A DNA stretch of 64,000 nucleotides from Candidatus Methanomethylicia archaeon (lineage in GTDB: Archaea > Thermoproteota > Methanomethylicia > Culexarchaeales > Culexarchaeaceae). This document shows, piece by piece, positions 18,287 to 28,152 of this stretch. Position 1 is the first letter of the stretch; each line of letters begins with the position of its first letter. The stretch lies in assembly GCA_038727515.1 (NCBI GenBank), contig JAVYVS010000004.1:52619-116618 (forward strand). The letters run 5' to 3'. Below the pieces are notes generated by a model that saw only the letters and a list, made by a program, of their open reading frames with translations, was not told where the DNA came from and did no database searches. The position numbers were made by a program, and so were the translations under genes.

Positions 18287-19807
18287 TTATATTCCCTCTT
18301 TAAATCTCCTATACGTATTGTAATCCACATATATTAGGTATGGATTACTACTCTGCCATTCAATATTGAATTTTTCAAGTCTTTTACGTTTCTCCAATAT
18401 TTTTGGGGTTACTGTTATTAGATAGGCATCGCTTCCAGCTCCAGAACCGAAGCTTGTTAGAAGTATCTTCTCATATGGTTTCGCTATTTCTAGTACTGCT
18501 GCAAGTCCAGCTGGACTTGATCCTGAATATAGATTTCCAAATTTTGTCACCTTTAGTGATGGTAGACATTGTTCATCTTTAAATCCAAGTCTTCTAGCAG
18601 CTCTAATTGGGAATTTAGCATTTGGTTGATGTGGTACAAAGTAGTTTATGTCTTTTGCTGTTAAATTCATCTTATCCATTAGTTTCTTTGCAGCTTTTAT
18701 TATATGTTTGAAGTATGCTGGTTCCCCTGTGAATCTTCCTCCATGAAGTGGATATCTTTGTCCATCTCTCCTCCAAAAGTCTGGTGTATCTGATGTTGAT
18801 GAATACCATCCCTCTATTTCTGCTATTACATCCATATTTCCAATTATGTATGCTGCTGCACCATATCCAACAAAGTAGTCTAATTCTCCTCCAGGCTGCC
18901 CTCTTGGCGCTGCTTGTGAATTATCTGTTCCTATAACCATTGTGAAGTATTCTTCTCCTTTTTCAGCCATGTATTTTGATAATGCAATTGCATCTTTAAA
19001 CATGCTTGTAGCTGCTTTACATGCAAATTCAGTGTCTATGGCATCTATCCCTTTAACTCCATCTCCAAGATCTTCCCCTAAATCTAATACTTGAGCTACC
19101 TTTGATGCTATTGGTTTTACTGAATATGGATTTGATTCTGTTCCAACATATATCTTCTTTATCTTTTCACCATGTAATGCTGATTGTATTAATGCTAGTT
19201 TTCCAGCTTCTACAGCTGCTGTTATTGAATCTTCATCTATAAATGGAACTGATCTCTCCATATCTCCCTCTCTTATTCTGAATCTTGATGTGTATATTGC
19301 ATATCCAACTATTCCAGGTTTCTCTGATATTTCCTTTGGTTCTTTTGTTTCATATGGTATGTATGGGTAGTATTCATCTGCAAATGTGAAGGTTAATGAT
19401 GTTGTGGGAATTATTTCTTGTGGTTCTGATGCATATCTCCTCCTAAATCTAAAGACTACTTTTCTACCTTCATAAATTTCTGGTTTGAATTCATCTCCAC
19501 TATTTAATATGTGGTCTGTAAGTCTTGCTGGAACCTTTATATCCCCTTCTTTAAGTGTTACTATTCCATAAATGTATGGTTGTAGTGGTTTGAATCTATT
19601 TGTAGCTTCATTTATTATTGTGCATACCTCTAGTATTCCCTCACTGTATATGTAGCTTGTTTCCATCATTTTCCCAATACTTTTCCTACCACATTTAGTA
19701 CAGTAGTATCTTGGTTTAAAGTATCTCTTTCCACATATTGGACATATGCTTCCACGTAATCTATCTGATATATAGCTTACCCTTCTTTCAATTGGTTCTG
19801 AACTCAT
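18287..19807 (-). CDS. HMG-CoA synthase with N-terminal DUF35 (Zn-ribbon + OB-fold) fusion
   Basis: N-terminal CxxC...CxxC and PY..G.V...RL.D; synthase motifs GTESNPY..KP, FACK, DFWRR, HQPN and GN.YSGS; start ATG 19807 overlaps thiolase stop (ATGA). Confidence 0.9.
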   Translation of the reverse strand: MSSEPIERRVSYISDRLRGSICPICGKRYFKPRYYCTKCGRKSIGKMMETSYIYSEGILEVCTIINEATNRFKPLQPYIYGIVTLKEGDIKVPARLTDHILNSGDEFKPEIYEGRKVVFRFRRRYASEPQEIIPTTSLTFTFADEYYPYIPYETKEPKEISEKPGIVGYAIYTSRFRIREGDMERSVPFIDEDSITAAVEAGKLALIQSALHGEKIKKIYVGTESNPYSVKPIASKVAQVLDLGEDLGDGVKGIDAIDTEFACKAATSMFKDAIALSKYMAEKGEEYFTMVIGTDNSQAAPRGQPGGELDYFVGYGAAAYIIGNMDVIAEIEGWYSSTSDTPDFWRRDGQRYPLHGGRFTGEPAYFKHIIKAAKKLMDKMNLTAKDINYFVPHQPNAKFPIRAARRLGFKDEQCLPSLKVTKFGNLYSGSSPAGLAAVLEIAKPYEKILLTSFGSGAGSDAYLITVTPKILEKRKRLEKFNIEWQSSNPYLIYVDYNTYRRFKEGI

Positions 19808-21003
19808 TTTATCCACCTCCTAAAGATACATACATATGTTTTTGTTCCAAATCCTTCATGTTCCATGGTTAGAGCATAAGCATTTTCATATATTGGGATT
19901 TGTCTATCTCCTGCTTCACCCATCATTTGCATACATACCTCACATACTTGTGCTCCACCAGTAGCTCCATATGGATTTCCATCAGCTTTTAATCCCCCAT
20001 TTGTATTTACGTATACTTCTCCATTCATTGTTCTATACGTATACTTCTTTTCCTCTATACTATTCATTATCATCTTCCATGCATTTCCAGGTTTAGATAA
20101 ACCTATATCTTCAAGTGCTATTAACTCCATTACTGTGGATTGATCATATAATTCCATTAATTTTATATCTTCAATATTCACTTTTGCTTCTTTTAATGCT
20201 TTTTCCATTGCTATCTTTGTGGATTTAAATCCAATAAGAGTTTCTCTAGTTGTATATGATAAGTGGTCTGTAGCGCATCCTCTGCCTACTATAGTTAAAC
20301 CCTTTTCCAATCCAATTTCTCTAGCTTTTTCCTCCTTTGCTATTATTATTGCTGCTGCTCCATCTGATATTGGTGCATAATCATATAATCCAAGTATTCC
20401 ACCCCTTCTAGCTTTAATAACTGTTTCTATATCCACCTTTGACCTATAGAATTGTGCATATGGATTTCTAGATCCAAATTCATGATTTTTATGTGAAATA
20501 TATGCTAATGCTCTCATTAGTTTCTCTACATTTTCTCCATTGATTCCATATGTCTTTATGTATTCTCTTAACATAAGTTCATGATGGGCCTCCATAGTTC
20601 CTCCAGCATAGTAACTCCATGAATCTGCTAACATCATTATATCATCGCCAATTTTATCCAATCTATCAGTCATCTTTTCCACTCCACCTACAAGTACTAT
20701 GTCGTATCTACCTGCTTCTATGGCGTTACATGCATGATTTATAGCTGAACTAAATGATCTTGCAGTTTCCATTGGTATATGTACATCTAATATTTCCGAT
20801 ATGAATCCCTCTTCTAATCCTATTTTATTTGTTAATTGTAGGAAATGATTTGATACTATAACTGCATCTAAATCTTTCCTCTCTATCCCAGCTTTTTCTA
20901 AAGCTTTTAACCCTGCTTGTTCAATTAATTCTTCAGGGTCTTTTTCATAATGTTCTCCGAAGGGGGTTCTTCCATAGCCTATTATTAATGGTTTGTTCGA
21001 CAA
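19804..21003 (-). CDS. Thiolase-family protein lacking catalytic residues
   Basis: G.T.FG, GGVEKMTD, NPYAQF, PISDGAAA and GGLKA.G.P.GATG are present; CASG, HDCF and GHP are replaced. Confidence 0.85.
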   Translation of the reverse strand: MSNKPLIIGYGRTPFGEHYEKDPEELIEQAGLKALEKAGIERKDLDAVIVSNHFLQLTNKIGLEEGFISEILDVHIPMETARSFSSAINHACNAIEAGRYDIVLVGGVEKMTDRLDKIGDDIMMLADSWSYYAGGTMEAHHELMLREYIKTYGINGENVEKLMRALAYISHKNHEFGSRNPYAQFYRSKVDIETVIKARRGGILGLYDYAPISDGAAAIIIAKEEKAREIGLEKGLTIVGRGCATDHLSYTTRETLIGFKSTKIAMEKALKEAKVNIEDIKLMELYDQSTVMELIALEDIGLSKPGNAWKMIMNSIEEKKYTYRTMNGEVYVNTNGGLKADGNPYGATGGAQVCEVCMQMMGEAGDRQIPIYENAYALTMEHEGFGTKTYVCIFRRWIK

Positions 21004-21077
21004 CTGTCGTTCACCTTTACGATGATTGTCGAATTAATATTATTATGTATTAGAGTTTAAAAAGGTATGGGTTACTT

Positions 21078-21965
21078 ATGACTTCCTTTAGGAGTATTGC
21101 TGAGTGTAGAGGGTTTGTGGTTAAGATTCCATTTAATTGTTGGTTTAGTTTCTTCAATAGTCCTTATCCAGCACATAAATCATCTACTGCTTTAGATGTA
21201 TATTATCCTGAGGGGGAGGGTTTAATGCCATTGGATGAAGGTTTAATTTTAGAAGTTGAGAAATTTGAGTGTCCAGTTAAACGTTTTGATGCTTCAAATT
21301 TTGATTATTTAATATTAATTAGATGTTCAGAAGATGTGGTTTTAAAGATATTACATGTTAAACCTAGTGTTAAACCTAGTGAGAAAGTATTTCTTGGTGA
21401 TCCTTTAGGTAGAATTATTATTTCTGGTTTTTTATCGCCATGGTCTGATATACATATGCATTTAGAATTTAGGGATATTAGAGATCCATATAGAGCTTTA
21501 GGAGCCTTTAAATTGGATATTTCAAAGACCATTGATATGTTACCTAAACCTGAGAATATTTCAAACATTTTTATTGTAGATGAGGTTTTTGATTACTATG
21601 TTCTATTAAAACCCCTTGACTACATGAATTTTCAATGTGGTTTAACTGTTAAAGTCGATGGTGAATATTTTTGGGTTGATGGTGGAATACCACATTATGG
21701 TTATGGTTCAATACTTGGGTTTAATGGTTTTGGGGATGTTAAATATGTTAATGATGAATGTATAGGCTCAATATATTTCCATGATAATTGTTATTCTTTA
21801 TTTAAACCTTCATGTAATGTTTTCTTGAATGGTTTTAAGGTTAAGGGTGTTGGAAGCTATATTGGTCTACCTAAATTAAAGTTGATCTTGTTAAAGGAAG
21901 AACATAACCTTAAGATTGGAGATATAGTTCACTTAAACTTCAACTTCCCTATAACAAAACTTTAA
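21078..21965 (+). CDS. Hypothetical protein with M23 (LytM)-like metallopeptidase motifs
   Basis: H(x6)D, ILHV..V...V..GD.LG..G and HMHLEFR resemble the M23 HxH signature. Confidence 0.5.
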   Translation: MTSFRSIAECRGFVVKIPFNCWFSFFNSPYPAHKSSTALDVYYPEGEGLMPLDEGLILEVEKFECPVKRFDASNFDYLILIRCSEDVVLKILHVKPSVKPSEKVFLGDPLGRIIISGFLSPWSDIHMHLEFRDIRDPYRALGAFKLDISKTIDMLPKPENISNIFIVDEVFDYYVLLKPLDYMNFQCGLTVKVDGEYFWVDGGIPHYGYGSILGFNGFGDVKYVNDECIGSIYFHDNCYSLFKPSCNVFLNGFKVKGVGSYIGLPKLKLILLKEEHNLKIGDIVHLNFNFPITKL

Positions 21966-21997
21966 TTATACATTTTGATATTTAAGTTGGTGAGATT

Positions 21998-23044
21998 TTG
22001 ACTGAAATGTATGCTGTAGTTAAAGATAAACCTGAATATGGTGCAACCTTTAAACGTGTTCCAATACCCTCAATAGGTTATGGTGAAGTTCTAATTAAGG
22101 TGAAGGCAACATCTATTTGTGGAACTGATCTACACATATATCGTTGGGATTCATGGGCTCAATCTAGAATTAAGATTCCAAGGATTATGGGTCATGAATT
22201 GACTGGTGAAGTTGTAACTGTTGGTGAAGGTGTTAAATCTGTTAATGTTGGAGATTACGTTTCAGCTGAAACACATATTGTTTGTAATAGTTGTTTTCAA
22301 TGTAGAACTGGTATGAAACATGTTTGTCAGAATACTAAGATTCTAGGTGTTGATACTGATGGTGCATTTGCAGAATATATTGCTGTTCCAGCTGAGAATA
22401 TCTGGAAAAATCCACCAGATCTACCAATAGAATATGCTTCTATTCAAGAGCCTTTAGGTAATGCTGTAGATACTGTTTTAGCTGAAGGTTATGAGGGTGT
22501 TGAGGGTAAGAGTGTTGTGGTTTTTGGTGATGGTCCTATTGGAATTATGTGTGTTGGTGTTGCTAGAGTTTTTGGAGCTTCTAAAATTATCATATTTGGG
22601 CATAGTGATTATAGATTGAATATTGCTAGGAAGCTTGGTTGTGATTTAGCTATAAATTCTAGGGGTATTGATACTGTTAAAACAGTTATGGAATATACTG
22701 GTGGTCAAGGTGTAGATGTGGTTCTAGAGGTTTCAGGTAATCCTCAAGCTTTACGTGAATCTCTTAAAATGATTAAACCTGGAGGTAGAATATCTATATT
22801 GAGTATTTATGGTGGAGATGTATCTCTAGATGTTAATAATGGTATAGTATTTAAAGCTGCGAGAGTTTATGGTGTTACTGGTAGAAGGATTTGGAATACA
22901 TGGTACATAGTTTCAGAGATTATTAATAGTGGGAGGCTAGATTTATCTCCAATAGTAACACATAAATTGAAATTAAGTGAGTATGCTGAGGGTATGAAGG
23001 CTATGGAAGAACGTAAATGTGGTAAAGTGGTGATGTTCCCATAG
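21998..23044 (+). CDS. tdh: L-threonine 3-dehydrogenase
   Basis: SICGTDLHIY.WD, GHE, SAETH..C..C..C and QEPLGNAV; adjacent to kbl. Confidence 0.93.
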   Translation: MTEMYAVVKDKPEYGATFKRVPIPSIGYGEVLIKVKATSICGTDLHIYRWDSWAQSRIKIPRIMGHELTGEVVTVGEGVKSVNVGDYVSAETHIVCNSCFQCRTGMKHVCQNTKILGVDTDGAFAEYIAVPAENIWKNPPDLPIEYASIQEPLGNAVDTVLAEGYEGVEGKSVVVFGDGPIGIMCVGVARVFGASKIIIFGHSDYRLNIARKLGCDLAINSRGIDTVKTVMEYTGGQGVDVVLEVSGNPQALRESLKMIKPGGRISILSIYGGDVSLDVNNGIVFKAARVYGVTGRRIWNTWYIVSEIINSGRLDLSPIVTHKLKLSEYAEGMKAMEERKCGKVVMFP

Positions 23045-23095
23045 TTGAAGTGAAAATTATATGTACATTTTTAGATATATTTGTGGTGGATTAGT

Positions 23096-24277
23096 ATGAG
23101 TAGGCTGTCATATCTTAAAGCTGAATTGGAGAATTTAAAATCTCAAGGATTGTTTTTTGTTGAAAGAATTAGAGCTGGTGCTCCAGATAATAGGGTTAGG
23201 ATTGGCGGTAAAGAGTATATATTGATGTGCTCAAATAATTATCTTGGGTTAGCTAATCATCCCAAGATTAAAGAGGCAGCTATTAGGGCTATAGAAGAAT
23301 ATGGTGTTGGTGCTGGTGCTGTAAGGCCTATATCTGGAACTACAGATCTACATATTGAAGCTGAAGAGAAAATTGCAAAGTTTAAGCATAGAGAGGCTGC
23401 AATTCTATTTCAATCTGGATATGTAGCTAATGTTGGTTCTATTTCTGCATTAGTTGGCGATGAAGATGCAGTAATTAGTGAAGAACTTAATCATGGTAGT
23501 ATAATTGATGGTATTAGATTAACTAAGGCTAAGAGACTCATATATAAGCATATTGATATGGTTGATTTAGAAGCTAAATTGAAGGAAGCTAAAGATTCTA
23601 GAAGGAGGTTTATTATCACTGATGGAGTATTTAGTATGGATGGTGATATTGCACCTCTCGATGTAATTGCTGATTTAGCAGATAAATATGATGCAATCGT
23701 ATATGTTGATGATGCCCATGGAGAAGGTGTTCTAGGTGATCATGGTAGAGGTATAGTGGATCACTTTAAACTTCACGATAGAATTGATATTGAAATGGGT
23801 ACTTTATCTAAAGCTTTTGGTGTTATAGGTGGTTATATTGCTAGTTCAAAGGAAGTTGTAGAATATTTAAAGCAGAGAGCTAGACCACATCTACTTAGTA
23901 GTGCAATAAATCCACCTGATGTTGCTGCAATAATAGCTGCCATAGACCTACTTTCATCTACCGATGAACCTTTAAAGAAGCTTTGGAATAATGCTAGATT
24001 CTTCCAGAAATCTCTTGTGGATAGAGGGTTTGATATTGGTAATACTAAGACTCCAATAACTCCAGTTATGATTAGAGATGAGAAGAAGACTCAAGAGCTT
24101 GTTAAAACCCTATTTGATGATTACTATATATTTGTTCAAGCAGTTGTTTACCCATGGGTTCCAAGGGGTACTGCTAGAATTAGATTTCAACCTAATGCCA
24201 CCCATAGTCTAGATGATTTAAAGTATGTTATAGACTCCCTCACTGAAGCTGCAAAGAAACTTAAAATTTTATCTTAG
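23096..24277 (+). CDS. kbl: Glycine C-acetyltransferase (2-amino-3-ketobutyrate CoA ligase)
   Basis: SNNYLGLA, LNH.SIIDG, DGVFSMDGD, DDAH and TLSKAFG (PLP Lys); downstream of tdh. Confidence 0.9.
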   Translation: MSRLSYLKAELENLKSQGLFFVERIRAGAPDNRVRIGGKEYILMCSNNYLGLANHPKIKEAAIRAIEEYGVGAGAVRPISGTTDLHIEAEEKIAKFKHREAAILFQSGYVANVGSISALVGDEDAVISEELNHGSIIDGIRLTKAKRLIYKHIDMVDLEAKLKEAKDSRRRFIITDGVFSMDGDIAPLDVIADLADKYDAIVYVDDAHGEGVLGDHGRGIVDHFKLHDRIDIEMGTLSKAFGVIGGYIASSKEVVEYLKQRARPHLLSSAINPPDVAAIIAAIDLLSSTDEPLKKLWNNARFFQKSLVDRGFDIGNTKTPITPVMIRDEKKTQELVKTLFDDYYIFVQAVVYPWVPRGTARIRFQPNATHSLDDLKYVIDSLTEAAKKLKILS

Positions 24278-24429
24278 GATTTTCCAATAAATCTTTCTTC
24301 CACAATCCTTCCACATCTAATACATATTTTTCTTTCTATTTTGAATCCATTTTTATCTTCAATTTTAACTTTAACCTTTACAAATTCATTACAGTATGAG
24401 CAATATGCTTCTTCTCTAAATATCCCCAC
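24274..24429 (-). CDS. Small zinc-ribbon protein, 51 aa (missing from ORF track)
   Basis: Translated by hand: MGIFREEAYCSYCNEFVKVKVKIEDKNGFKIERKICIRCGRIVEERFIGKS; two CxxC motifs; fills the gap exactly. Confidence 0.7.
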   Translation of the reverse strand: MGIFREEAYCSYCNEFVKVKVKIEDKNGFKIERKICIRCGRIVEERFIGKS

Positions 24430-24440
24430 AATCTTTTCTA

Positions 24441-24815
24441 TTATTTTCTTCGTATACCTTCAACCTCCATTACCAACCTAATTAAACTTGGTTTTTTACG
24501 ATATATTTCTCTAGCGGTTATAGTATTTGATGCTGGACATTCATCATCGACACTTACATATCCTCCTTCAACGTATACCACTGGATATATTTTACATCCA
24601 ATCGGTCTATCCCTATATATTTTACATTTCATCTTTTCCTTATCTAAGAAGTAACAGTATCCACCTATATTTCTTAAAATATGTTTTCCATTTATTTTTA
24701 CCGTGAATTCATCTCTTCTATACCCTAAGTTTTCTATTCTCATTATGTCTCTTCTGGATAGTGGCATTTGAGTTTCCATACAGCATTTTCCACATTTAAG
24801 ACATTTGAATACCAT
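24441..24815 (-). CDS. YkgJ/UPF0153 cysteine-cluster protein
   Basis: CxxCGxCC...C.FL....C.IY..RP..C..YP. Confidence 0.88.
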   Translation of the reverse strand: MVFKCLKCGKCCMETQMPLSRRDIMRIENLGYRRDEFTVKINGKHILRNIGGYCYFLDKEKMKCKIYRDRPIGCKIYPVVYVEGGYVSVDDECPASNTITAREIYRKKPSLIRLVMEVEGIRRK

Positions 24816-24824
24816 AATTATTCT

Positions 24825-25016
24825 CTAGAGGATTATTTCTATTGCATTTTTAGGACATTGTATTTCACATGCTCTACATCCTAAACATAATTCTATTTTT
24901 ACTGGTTTTACATATCCATTTTCTAATTCATACACTTCTACTGGACATATTTGTATACAGTTTTCACATTTTATACATTTTTCATATTCTATTTTTATCT
25001 TCACCATAATCCCCAC
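24825..25016 (-). CDS. 2x[4Fe-4S] ferredoxin
   Basis: Two CxxCxxCxxxCP motifs; start may be 25007. Confidence 0.9.
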   Translation of the reverse strand: MGIMVKIKIEYEKCIKCENCIQICPVEVYELENGYVKPVKIELCLGCRACEIQCPKNAIEIIL

Positions 25017-25018
25017 CC

Positions 25019-26653
25019 TTAAATCTTTATCTCCGTTAATTCATTTATTTTGGCTTCTATTCTCCTAATAATTCTATTGTATGTCTTTTCATTTGTATCC
25101 TTTAGACGTTGATATTCAATTCTTCTTATGGTTTTTGATAGTTTTTTATTTTCTAGTTCCTCCATTCTACTCATTAGTGCATCAAGTTTACCTAGTTCCT
25201 CCTCTATTTCTTTAATTTTCTCCTTTGCTTGTTCAGATTCTATTTTCACAGTTATTTCCGTTAGTTTTCTCTTTATGTTTTCGATTTTAGCTTTTATTTT
25301 GCTTTTACCTTCCATGTATTGCTTTCTATCTATTTCTCCTTCTCCATATCTTTTGATTAATTCCTTTAGTTTTATGTATTCATCCTTTTCTTCCATGTAT
25401 GAATCTCGTATAGCTTTTATATATTCTTCCCTTCTAACTTTAGTTTCTCTTCTTGTGGATTTGTATTTTATGTATGTTGAAGCTGTTAATGCTATTATTA
25501 TTGTTGCATATGCTATTATGGTTGTCGGTATTTTAATTGGCATTGAACCTGGAATGTACGTTACCATTAGTGCTGATGGTTTTGTTTCTATTGCTATTAA
25601 TTTATGTATTTGATATTCTATTTTCGTTTCCATGATGTTTTTCGGTTGATCTGTATATTGGATTATCTTTGTTCCACTTGGGAATTCTATGGTTACATTC
25701 AATTGTTTTATTGGTGTTTCTAGTATTGTGTTTATTGGTGTGTTTAGAGTTTCTTGTTGTCCTTCAACAATATATTTCTCTCTTGGTATAGTATACTCTA
25801 TTGTAAATTCATATGTCCATCCACTTTGTATATCTATCCTTGGATATACTGTGCACTCTAAGTTTTCACTTGTTACATTTATGAAGTAATTTAATTTTCC
25901 AAGTGGGTCTGAAACATATTTTACTTCTGTTCCCATTGGCATTTTCAATTTTATTCCATTGCTTTTACTTATCTTCCCCCCACTTAGATTCCTTATTAGT
26001 ATTGAATCTTTCACGTATATTTGTTGGGTTATACTTACAATTCTATTAATTCTATCTACTGTTATTGGTGTTATCTTTGCTTCAAAGGATGTGTATAATT
26101 CTATTTTTGTTTCTTGTGGTAGTGGAGATTGATAGTATTCTACTTTTTGTCTTCCATTCTTAGTGATGTTTGCTAATGGTATTATTGTATTTACTTTTAC
26201 TGTTTCCTTTGGGTAATATATGGTTGTTTTACATTCTCCAATCATTATGTTTAGGATCGGGTATAAAGGGTATTGGAATACATATAAATTTGCCAATACT
26301 TGCAAATGTTTTATTAAGTATACTTCTAGTATTATTTTCCCTTTAATTTCTCCGATAATTACCATTTTAATATTGTCTTCATCTTCTTCTAATATTACGC
26401 TTCTTTCACCATTTTCATCATATGCTTTAACTATGAATATCGTATCTGAGTATTGTTTTGGTATGTATTGAGTTATGTTTACTTCTCTCCATGATATGTT
26501 TATCTCATCAACTATCTTTGCATAATTTTCATTTATCTCTATAACTCTATTCACTTCTGAGTTTACTTCCTGTGAATATGTTTTAATGGTGGATGCCACT
26601 TGAATTATCGTTATTAGGATTATCAGTAAGGCTAAACTCTTCTTTATAGGCAT
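25019..26653 (-). CDS. Type I membrane protein, ribophorin I (Ost1/RPN1)-like
   Basis: Signal peptide, two beta-rich extracellular domains with several NxS/T sequons, YPR.....GW...F.I.Y.IP..Y and I..L.V.I.FP.G motifs, one TM helix and a helical cytosolic tail. Confidence 0.6.
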   Translation of the reverse strand: MPIKKSLALLIILITIIQVASTIKTYSQEVNSEVNRVIEINENYAKIVDEINISWREVNITQYIPKQYSDTIFIVKAYDENGERSVILEEDEDNIKMVIIGEIKGKIILEVYLIKHLQVLANLYVFQYPLYPILNIMIGECKTTIYYPKETVKVNTIIPLANITKNGRQKVEYYQSPLPQETKIELYTSFEAKITPITVDRINRIVSITQQIYVKDSILIRNLSGGKISKSNGIKLKMPMGTEVKYVSDPLGKLNYFINVTSENLECTVYPRIDIQSGWTYEFTIEYTIPREKYIVEGQQETLNTPINTILETPIKQLNVTIEFPSGTKIIQYTDQPKNIMETKIEYQIHKLIAIETKPSALMVTYIPGSMPIKIPTTIIAYATIIIALTASTYIKYKSTRRETKVRREEYIKAIRDSYMEEKDEYIKLKELIKRYGEGEIDRKQYMEGKSKIKAKIENIKRKLTEITVKIESEQAKEKIKEIEEELGKLDALMSRMEELENKKLSKTIRRIEYQRLKDTNEKTYNRIIRRIEAKINELTEIKI

Positions 26654-26745
26654 CTTTCTTCACTATCCCCTTTAATTTAATTCTATATTCACCTTATAAT
26701 CGTTTATCTCAAAATTTAAATTGTGAGTAGATAAAAGGTATTTTA

Positions 26746-28149
26746 GTGGTTTTAATGGTGCCTTATGAACACCCCTACATCCCAAATTCTTCTAAGAAGG
26801 TTTTTGAAGAAATGCTTAAAGTTGTTGGTGTAAGTGATATTTCAGAGCTTTATAGGGATATACCTGAAGAAGTCAAGTTTAATGGTGAATTAAATATTCC
26901 TGGACCTATGTCTGAATTTGAGGTTTTTAAGTATATTAGTGGAATTTTAAATGATAATAAGAGTTTAATGGATATGCCAATATTTCTAGGTGCTGGCTGC
27001 TGGCCTCATTACGTTCCAGAAGCTGTTAAATATATTGTTAGTCGTAGTGAATTTCTAACTTCATATACTCCCTATCAAGCTGAAATTTCTCAAGGTATGC
27101 TTCAAGCATTGTTCGAATTTCAGAGTTTGATTTGTGAATTGACTGGTATGGATGTTGCCAATGCTTCAATGTATGATTGGGCTTCAGCATTGGCTGAAGC
27201 TGTTTTAATGGCTGTTAGAATAACTCAAAGGAAGAAGGTTATTATTCCAAAAATTATTAGTCCAGATAGATTGATAACTTTAAGGACTTATTGTGAACCT
27301 CATGGTATTTCCATAATTCAAATAGATTATGATCCTGATAGTGGATGCATGGATTTATCTTCTCTAAAGAGTTCTATTTCCAATGATGTCGCTGCAGTCT
27401 ATGTTGAGAATCCATCTTATCTAGGATTCATTGAATTAGGTGTTGAAGATATTTCCTCTATAGCTCATGATCATGGATCATTATTCATTGTTGGTGTAGA
27501 TCCAATATCCCTTGGAATATTGAAAGCTCCTGGAGATTATGGAGCTGATATTGTTGTAGGTGAAGGTCAACCTTTAGGTAATCCAATGAATTTTGGAGGT
27601 CCACTTCTCGGATTATTTGCTTGTAGAGGTGAAGATAGAATTATTAGACAAATGCCTGGTAGAATTATCGGTTTAGCTCATACTTTAGATGGTTCTGAAA
27701 GAGGATTTGTAATGGTTTTACAGACTAGAGAGCAGCATATTAGGAGGGAGAGGGCGACTTCAAATATATGTAGTAATGAAGCTTTATGCGCTGTTTCAGC
27801 AGCTATATATCTTTCTCTACTTGGTCCTAGAGGGCTTAGTGAGCTTTGTGAATCTATAATGTATAGGTCTCATTATGCTATGAAATTGTTAGACGATATT
27901 CATGGCGTTAAAGCTCCATTGTTCAATTCTCCACATTTCAAAGAGTTTACAGTTAATTTCGATAATTCTAAATTTGATGTATACCATGTTCATAGAGAGC
28001 TTTTAAGACGTGGGATTCATGGTGGAAAGATTATTAAAAATGAATTTCCAGAGCTTGGTGAAACTGCTTTATATTGTGTTACTGAAGTTCATTCTAAAAG
28101 TGATATTGAGAGGCTTGTTTTAAATATTAAATCTATTTTGGAGGGATAA
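26746..28149 (+). CDS. gcvPA: Glycine cleavage system P protein subunit 1
   Basis: FLGAG...HYVP, EFLTSYTPYQ.EISQG, NASMYD and TREQHIRRE.ATSNIC. Confidence 0.95.
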   Translation: MVLMVPYEHPYIPNSSKKVFEEMLKVVGVSDISELYRDIPEEVKFNGELNIPGPMSEFEVFKYISGILNDNKSLMDMPIFLGAGCWPHYVPEAVKYIVSRSEFLTSYTPYQAEISQGMLQALFEFQSLICELTGMDVANASMYDWASALAEAVLMAVRITQRKKVIIPKIISPDRLITLRTYCEPHGISIIQIDYDPDSGCMDLSSLKSSISNDVAAVYVENPSYLGFIELGVEDISSIAHDHGSLFIVGVDPISLGILKAPGDYGADIVVGEGQPLGNPMNFGGPLLGLFACRGEDRIIRQMPGRIIGLAHTLDGSERGFVMVLQTREQHIRRERATSNICSNEALCAVSAAIYLSLLGPRGLSELCESIMYRSHYAMKLLDDIHGVKAPLFNSPHFKEFTVNFDNSKFDVYHVHRELLRRGIHGGKIIKNEFPELGETALYCVTEVHSKSDIERLVLNIKSILEG

Positions 28150-28152
28150 CCC

